A stretch of 64,000 bases of DNA from assembly GCF_009914755.1 (NCBI RefSeq), contig NC_060925.1. The stretch is one strand, 5' to 3'. Shown one piece after another: positions 63,301-64,000 of the stretch. Source of the stretch: the human T2T-CHM13v2.0 reference genome, Homo sapiens. The position numbers and the translations under genes were made by a program. The notes beneath the pieces were generated by a model that did no database searches, had not been told where the DNA came from, and saw nothing but the letters and a program-made list of their open reading frames with translations. Numbering within the stretch: the stretch's first letter is position 1; the number at the start of each line of letters is the position of its first letter.

Positions 63301-64000
63301 TATCCACAAAGATAATCAATGAATAATAAAAATAAAAGATGGAAAAGAAGGGTCAGTAATGAGAATAAAATTTTCTACATATACTTTATTAACGAGTTAT
63401 AACTTCTAATTATGTATATACATTAATTTTAAAAAATTTCATATATAAAAAAGAAACATAAGTCTGACCATATATCAAATCAATAATAAAATAACAAATA
63501 AAAATACATTTCAACAGATGTTAGAGTAAAATATATTGAATGAATTTGTTAGTGGAATGGATTCTAAGTAAATTAAGTAACTATATAAATAAATAAGTAT
63601 ATTTCAAACTGAGTATTTTGTAAAGTAAAACAAATAAAAAGAATTATAAAACCAAATACATTAAATAAAACCCCTGCACTGTTACAATTGACTTTGAAAT
63701 ATGGAAAATATAACTTAGGATTTTATTAAACATAAATATTCTCATTGCTTTAGTAAAATTGCCTGGAACTTTTATCATGCCTCCCCTGCCTCTGCTAATA
63801 GCAAAGAATATCCCTGGCAAACAAAGTGTCTTCTCTAATTCTGCTCTAACTCTATTTTGGAGGCCAGGAAGGTATATGGCAAGCCTAGGACATATTTTTA
63901 TATTAGCAAACCAGAAAGCTGTTTTAGATTAAAGCAGTTATGTAAAAAATATATTTGAATAACGAGGAATGATTTCCCACGTTCAAGGTGTGAGAATTGA

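Overview
AT-rich primate (human/great-ape-like) non-coding DNA dominated by nested transposable elements. I could not support any host protein-coding exon, RNA gene or CRISPR array. Main elements: (i) the 5' end of an L1PA at the left edge; (ii) a two-LTR THE1 (MaLR) inserted inside an AluS (10.1-12.7 kb); (iii) a THE1 LTR plus internal region that has lost its 3' LTR, next to a nested hAT > THE1 solo LTR > Alu cluster (28.4-31.8 kb); (iv) a two-LTR HERV-L/MLT2A provirus (33338-39601) with decayed gag-pro-pol-dUTPase, inserted into the target-site duplication (TSD) of an AluJ whose tail has become a ~480-nt polypyrimidine tract; (v) a near-complete Tigger4 DNA transposon split by a full-length L1PA2/3-type element (ORF1/ORF2 broken, antisense ORF0 intact) and by an Alu; (vi) a MER11 solo LTR; plus MIR, L2, old L1, MLT, MER34-like and MER53 relics. 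The most unusual signals are a chain of overlapping fold-back palindromes at ~53.05-53.2 kb, a 12-bp micro-inversion over the HERV-L protease active site, and a duplicated L1 5' terminus/YY1 site. I found no convincing new biological system. Subfamily names come from recalled consensus features and need RepeatMasker/Dfam confirmation.
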